Positions 60,459 through 64,000 of a stretch of 64,000 nucleotides of DNA are shown piece by piece. This stretch comes from a virus: the IMG/VR virus record IMGVR_UViG_3300045971_000431, positions 23,756 through 87,755 of that record; one strand, 5' to 3'. Within the stretch, counting starts at the first letter, position 1. Each line of letters starts with the position of its first letter. The translations under genes were made by a program, and so were the position numbers. The notes beneath the pieces were generated by a model. The model was not told where the DNA came from. It saw only the letters and a program-made list of their open reading frames with translations, and ran no database searches.

Positions 60459-60890
60459 TCAGTAGTTCACTTCCATGAAGGATGGCGGTTCACCGAGATG
60501 CTTCTTGAAAGCGTCCTGCATTGCATCAACGCCCGCAAGCCCGAAAGCATGCATACCCGGAAACCGCACGTCGATCGTATGTGAATACACATCTTCACGG
60601 CTGATGTCGATGTCCAGGCTGTAGTCTTCATCAAGCCCGTACTTTGCAGCCAGATTGGTAATCTTGCCTCGCAGAGCTGGTAGTTTGTTAGGCGTCTTCT
60701 TGAAGGTCAACATGATGTTGGCACTTGTGTAGTTCGAGTCGAGGTTAACTTCGAGCGCCTTCGTGTCAATCTCAGGGCCAGCGAATCGTCTAGCGAACAG
60801 TTGCACAAGCTCAGCATAGAACATGCCAGTCGCATGCCCCAGAACCTTGGGCGGCATGAGTTCGTTCTCGAAGAGGTGTTTGAGGAGCAT
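60459..60890 (-). CDS. Putative internal head protein
   Basis: MLLKHLFENE; TAAATA-N5-ATG. Confidence 0.65.
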   Translation of the reverse strand: MLLKHLFENELMPPKVLGHATGMFYAELVQLFARRFAGPEIDTKALEVNLDSNYTSANIMLTFKKTPNKLPALRGKITNLAAKYGLDEDYSLDIDISREDVYSHTIDVRFPGMHAFGLAGVDAMQDAFKKHLGEPPSFMEVNY

Positions 60891-60914
60891 GGGTCTATTT
60901 AGGGCCGGACAAAA

Positions 60915-60960
60915 GCAAAGGACCCGAAGGTCCTTTGCAGAGATCCTGCCCGAAGGCAGG
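60915..60960 (-). terminator. Two tandem UUCG hairpins after capsid gene
   Basis: CCTGCC-TTCG-GGCAGG then GCAAAGGACC-TTCG-GGTCCTTTGC-TTTT. Confidence 0.85.
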
Positions 60961-60972
60961 TGATCGTTTCGA

Positions 60973-62307
60973 TCAGGAGAAAACGACGTTCTTGACGAGG
61001 ATGCGAGAATAGTAATCTGCCGAATTGCCGAGCGACGTGCCCACGTTCGTGAAGGTGGCCTTGCCGTAACGTGTCATCAGAGACACAGCTGGCATGAACG
61101 TGTTTGCGTCCATAACCACACCGGTGCTCATCAGAGGAATGTATGGGCAGTAGAAGTAGCCAGAGTCGAGTTCCGAAGAACCGCCCTTGTAGCCGATCAG
61201 GATGTCTTCACCAGCGTCGCCCATTGCGTTGACCATGCCGACTGGCGAACCAGAGCTGTCAAGCTGCCAAGCGTCCTGGAGACCCCAGTTGTACGAGTAG
61301 ACCTTCATCTGGCCATTCAGCGTACCGACCAGCTTGTTGCCGGTTGGGTCAGAGAACGAGCCGGAGACGGCAGGTGCGAACACCGACTTCGAAGCGGACT
61401 GGAGGAGGGAAGTGATCAGGTGACCACCAACCAGCCAGTTGCCAGGTCCACGACGGGTCTTGGCGCCGATTTCGTTGGCAACCTTGTTGATCAGGATGCC
61501 GAGGTGGGCATAACGGTCGCCGAGGTAGTTCGGAGCGAAGCCACCTGGGTTGGCAGCCATTGCAGCCATGTCGAACGTAGCAACGGTAGCAGCCAGGTTC
61601 AGAAGGTCAGTCAGCACTTCGTTGTCGATTTCGTGCGCGATCTGGGCCGACAGAGCAGCGGTCAGCTCGGACTCGAGGTCCATGCCGTGCTGTGCTGACA
61701 AGTCCTGAGCGGCTTCCATCGTCCAACGTGCCTGCAGCTTGCGCGAGCCGGCAGTGATGGTTTGCTTGAGAACGGAGAGGCGCATTGACTTGCCGCCGAA
61801 GCCTTCGTAGTTGCCAGACAGGTTGGCCTGTGGGTTGGCAGTCGAAGCATCAGGAACGCCGAGGCCGAGAGACGTTGCATCAGCCAGTGCTGGTGGGTAC
61901 ACAGCTGGGTTGGTAGCAGCAGCAGACGTCGAGTAGAAACGCTTCATCTTGCTGTTGTTTGCCCAGACTTCGTCGCCAGCGGCGATGTCGTTCTGTGGTG
62001 CGCCATTGCCGTCAGCTGCTTCCGAGAAAGCGAAGCGCAGCGAGTACACCAGGCCGACTGGACCGGACATTGGCTGGAGGCCAACGAGGTCAGAAGAGAT
62101 GGTGCCTGGGAGGATACGGCGGATCATCGGAATGACGATCTTCTGGAAGTTGCTCACGGCGCCCATGTTGGTGGACGTTGGGCCAGCGGTTTCCAGCAGA
62201 TGCTGCTTCTGGTTTTCCAGAAGGGTTTCGACGACTTGCTTCTTGGTACCTTGGAGGCCTTCGAGCAAAGCCTCTTTGGTTTCTTGCCAGTTTTCAATCA
62301 GTTGCAT
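60973..62307 (-). CDS. Major capsid protein (gp23-like)
   Basis: LLENQ, VGLQPMSGPVG, SRKLQARWT.E..QDL, EID.E, TRRG.GN, GYKG, YCPYIP, TRYG. Confidence 0.97.
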   Translation of the reverse strand: MQLIENWQETKEALLEGLQGTKKQVVETLLENQKQHLLETAGPTSTNMGAVSNFQKIVIPMIRRILPGTISSDLVGLQPMSGPVGLVYSLRFAFSEAADGNGAPQNDIAAGDEVWANNSKMKRFYSTSAAATNPAVYPPALADATSLGLGVPDASTANPQANLSGNYEGFGGKSMRLSVLKQTITAGSRKLQARWTMEAAQDLSAQHGMDLESELTAALSAQIAHEIDNEVLTDLLNLAATVATFDMAAMAANPGGFAPNYLGDRYAHLGILINKVANEIGAKTRRGPGNWLVGGHLITSLLQSASKSVFAPAVSGSFSDPTGNKLVGTLNGQMKVYSYNWGLQDAWQLDSSGSPVGMVNAMGDAGEDILIGYKGGSSELDSGYFYCPYIPLMSTGVVMDANTFMPAVSLMTRYGKATFTNVGTSLGNSADYYSRILVKNVVFS

Positions 62308-62335
62308 GAGATTTCTCCTTGAGGATTTGCAGAGG

Positions 62336-63229
62336 TTACTTGGTAATGCCTGCGAGGCGGCGAAGCTGAGTCATGCTCTCAGAAAGAGCAGCTGCTTTTG
62401 CCTGGGTACTATCGGTGCCGGTTGGCTCACCAGTAACGACAGTGGTCTTTGGAACGGTCTTGCCTTCAGTCAGAGTAGCTTGCTTTGCAGCAGGAGCTTC
62501 TTCCTTCAGGATGCGGCCGATGAAGAACTTGTAGGACTCTTCAAGACGGTCAGTGTCCACATTGCGGAGGACCATGGCCATTTGTTCGCGCTTCTTGCCG
62601 GTCAGAGGGGAGAGAATCTTCTCCATCTTTGACTCACGAACCATCTTGTTCAGCGCTTCTTCACGTTCGCTCAGACGCTTTTCGGCGTCTTGCAGCTTGC
62701 CCTCGGCAACTTGCAGCTTCGATTGAACTGCCGTCTCGTCGACGTAGCTCTTGGCATATTCGCCAACGAAGGCTTCGAACATCTTGCGGCCGAACTCATT
62801 CTGCTTGACGGTGTCGAGGTCCTCGCGGAGCTCTTCCATTTCGGCAGTCAGGCGCATCTCGAAGAAGGTGTCGATCTTGTCGACCAGCTGGTCAAGTTCG
62901 CTAGCAACTTCGCCAGCAAGCTTGTGCTTCTCTTCCACGAGCTTCTCAGCGAACTCGGCTTCGAGGTCGCGGAAGCGTTCGATGTCGCCACGCAGTTCAG
63001 TGATTTCCTTGGTGAGAGCTTCTGCGACGAAGGCGTCAACCTTGCCGACGAGCTCTTCACGCTCCATAAGCCATTGCTCCGACAGTTGGAGGCGAACTTC
63101 GTTGGAGACTTCTTCACGGACTTGCGTCTTGAATTGGTCGACCGAAGTGGTCCACTGTTGGGAGATTTCAGCTTTCGATTCCTCGCTAAGCAGCTCTGAT
63201 TCGAGCAGCTTCTTCAGGATTTCGTCCAT
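62336..63229 (-). CDS. Prohead core scaffold (gp22-like)
   Basis: Acidic coiled coil directly upstream of gp23; GRKMFEAF; ends LRRLAGI. Confidence 0.88.
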   Translation of the reverse strand: MDEILKKLLESELLSEESKAEISQQWTTSVDQFKTQVREEVSNEVRLQLSEQWLMEREELVGKVDAFVAEALTKEITELRGDIERFRDLEAEFAEKLVEEKHKLAGEVASELDQLVDKIDTFFEMRLTAEMEELREDLDTVKQNEFGRKMFEAFVGEYAKSYVDETAVQSKLQVAEGKLQDAEKRLSEREEALNKMVRESKMEKILSPLTGKKREQMAMVLRNVDTDRLEESYKFFIGRILKEEAPAAKQATLTEGKTVPKTTVVTGEPTGTDSTQAKAAALSESMTQLRRLAGITK

Positions 63230-63325
63230 GCGTGTCTCCTTAAACGTTGAAGGGTCGACCAATCGGTCGGGCTTGGATATTACTGTTTCAATACGCTTTC
63301 ACATCTTGAAACTTTGCCGTGAACC

Positions 63326-63333
63326 TATTTATA
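63326..63333 (-). promoter_or_regulatory. Late promoter TATAAATA for scaffold/capsid
   Basis: Perfect octamer. Confidence 0.8.
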
Positions 63334-63343
63334 CGGGCGCACG

Positions 63344-63381
63344 AAAACCAGTCGAAAACCCAAGCGTTTTCGACTGGTTTT
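63344..63381. terminator. 16-bp-arm hairpin
   Basis: aaaaccagtcgaaaac-N6-gttttcgactggtttt. Confidence 0.65.
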
Positions 63382-63393
63382 GGTCAGATTGGG

Positions 63394-63564
63394 TTACTCG
63401 GTCGCACCTTCAGTCGACTCTTGAGTAGTGTCAGCGGTCTTCGCCAGGCCGGTGACTTCGCGGGTCTTCGCCACGAAGTAATCATGCATCGTCACGGAGG
63501 CTTGCTCCATGCGATCGTTGATCACGTCCTGCAGCATCGACTTCAGCATTTCTTGATGGTCCAT
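63394..63564 (-). CDS. Small prohead core protein candidate (56 aa, absent from ORF track)
   Basis: MDHQEMLKSMLQDVINDRMEQASVTMHDYFVAKTREV; SD AAGGAG; TAAATA at 63596..63601. Confidence 0.7.
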   Translation of the reverse strand: MDHQEMLKSMLQDVINDRMEQASVTMHDYFVAKTREVTGLAKTADTTQESTEGATE

Positions 63565-63615
63565 TGGATATCTCCTTCAGGGTTGATGGTGCAGGTATTT
63601 ACGTGGCGCCGGGTG

Positions 63616-63939
63616 TCACTTCTCAGCGGCAGCTTCATCAGCAGCAACCATCTTCTGCAGTCGAGTGCAGATCGATGAACGCTCTTCAGGTGTTGCGCCC
63701 TTCAGGAACTTGAGAACTGCTGCCTTGTCGACAACAACCTCATCATCACCCTTGGCCTTCAGGCCGGCTGGTGCACCCTTCTTGTCACCAGCAGACTTGG
63801 TCTTCTTTGGCTCAGCTGCAGGAGCTTCGTCGCCGAGATCCAGATCACCGCTGTCCATGTCGAAGTCAACTTCGTCATCAGCAGGAGCAGCCTTCTTGCG
63901 CTTGGCTTCAGCCAGCATTTGGAGTCGTGGGAATTGCAT
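63616..63939 (-). CDS. Prohead core protein candidate
   Basis: Charged low-complexity protein with N-terminal LAE site, in head cluster. Confidence 0.6.
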   Translation of the reverse strand: MQFPRLQMLAEAKRKKAAPADDEVDFDMDSGDLDLGDEAPAAEPKKTKSAGDKKGAPAGLKAKGDDEVVVDKAAVLKFLKGATPEERSSICTRLQKMVAADEAAAEK

Positions 63940-63941
63940 GA

Positions 63942-64000
63942 TCAGATCTTTCCTTTGGTGATCGCTTCGATGAGAGCGTTGATCTCTTTGGTGAAGTACT
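63942..64000 (-). CDS. C-terminal end of upstream gene, probably the genuine prohead protease
   Basis: ...YFTKEINALIEAITKGKI-stop; position upstream of core/scaffold; only 18 codons visible. Confidence 0.45.
   Translation of the reverse strand, partial: YFTKEINALIEAITKGKI

Noticed and set aside
1-64000. CRISPR array, tRNA/rRNA genes, integrase, reverse transcriptase or DGR
   Set aside because: No regularly spaced repeats, cloverleafs or relevant motifs seen by eye; a tRNAscan-SE or CRISPR finder run would be needed to exclude them fully
1-64000. Stop-codon reassignment as in some large phages
   Set aside because: Core genes are full length in the standard code, and TAG, TGA and TAA all end genes at sensible positions (e.g. 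TerL ends in TAG)

Overview
A 64-kb segment of a large lytic T4-superfamily (jumbo-type) myophage genome, almost all encoded on the minus strand in the standard code. In transcription order (right to left): head genes (probable gp21 C-terminus at the edge, core proteins, gp22 scaffold, gp23 capsid), nucleotide-housekeeping genes, neck/tail genes (gp13, gp14, gp15, gp18, gp19, gp4, gp16, gp17), a tail fibre, an accessory block, recombination genes (gp32, UvsX, UvsY, UvsW), a GH108 endolysin, class II RNR, a second fibre cassette, dCMP deaminase, a DnaE-like fragment and GroES. Main unusual observations: (1) about 20 small genes interleaved with the structural genes whose products start with T4 capsid-targeting-like peptides (MKTFKQFLxE or MKVxELF), including a kinase-like and a ParB-like protein, which suggests a large diversified injected payload. 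(2) Two apparently catalytically dead paralogs of head-assembly enzymes: a terminase ATPase domain with Walker A K>T and Walker B E>Q, and a gp21-like protease lacking all three triad residues; these may be immune decoys or regulators. (3) Two phage-encoded PEP-CTERM proteins behind a late promoter and a structured leader. (4) A recurring layout of -10 boxes 5-7 nt before ATG (leaderless), often inside hairpins, plus T4 gene e-style RBS-occluding hairpins at late promoters. All family assignments come from motif recognition by eye; no database search was run. A betaproteobacterial-type host is only an inference.
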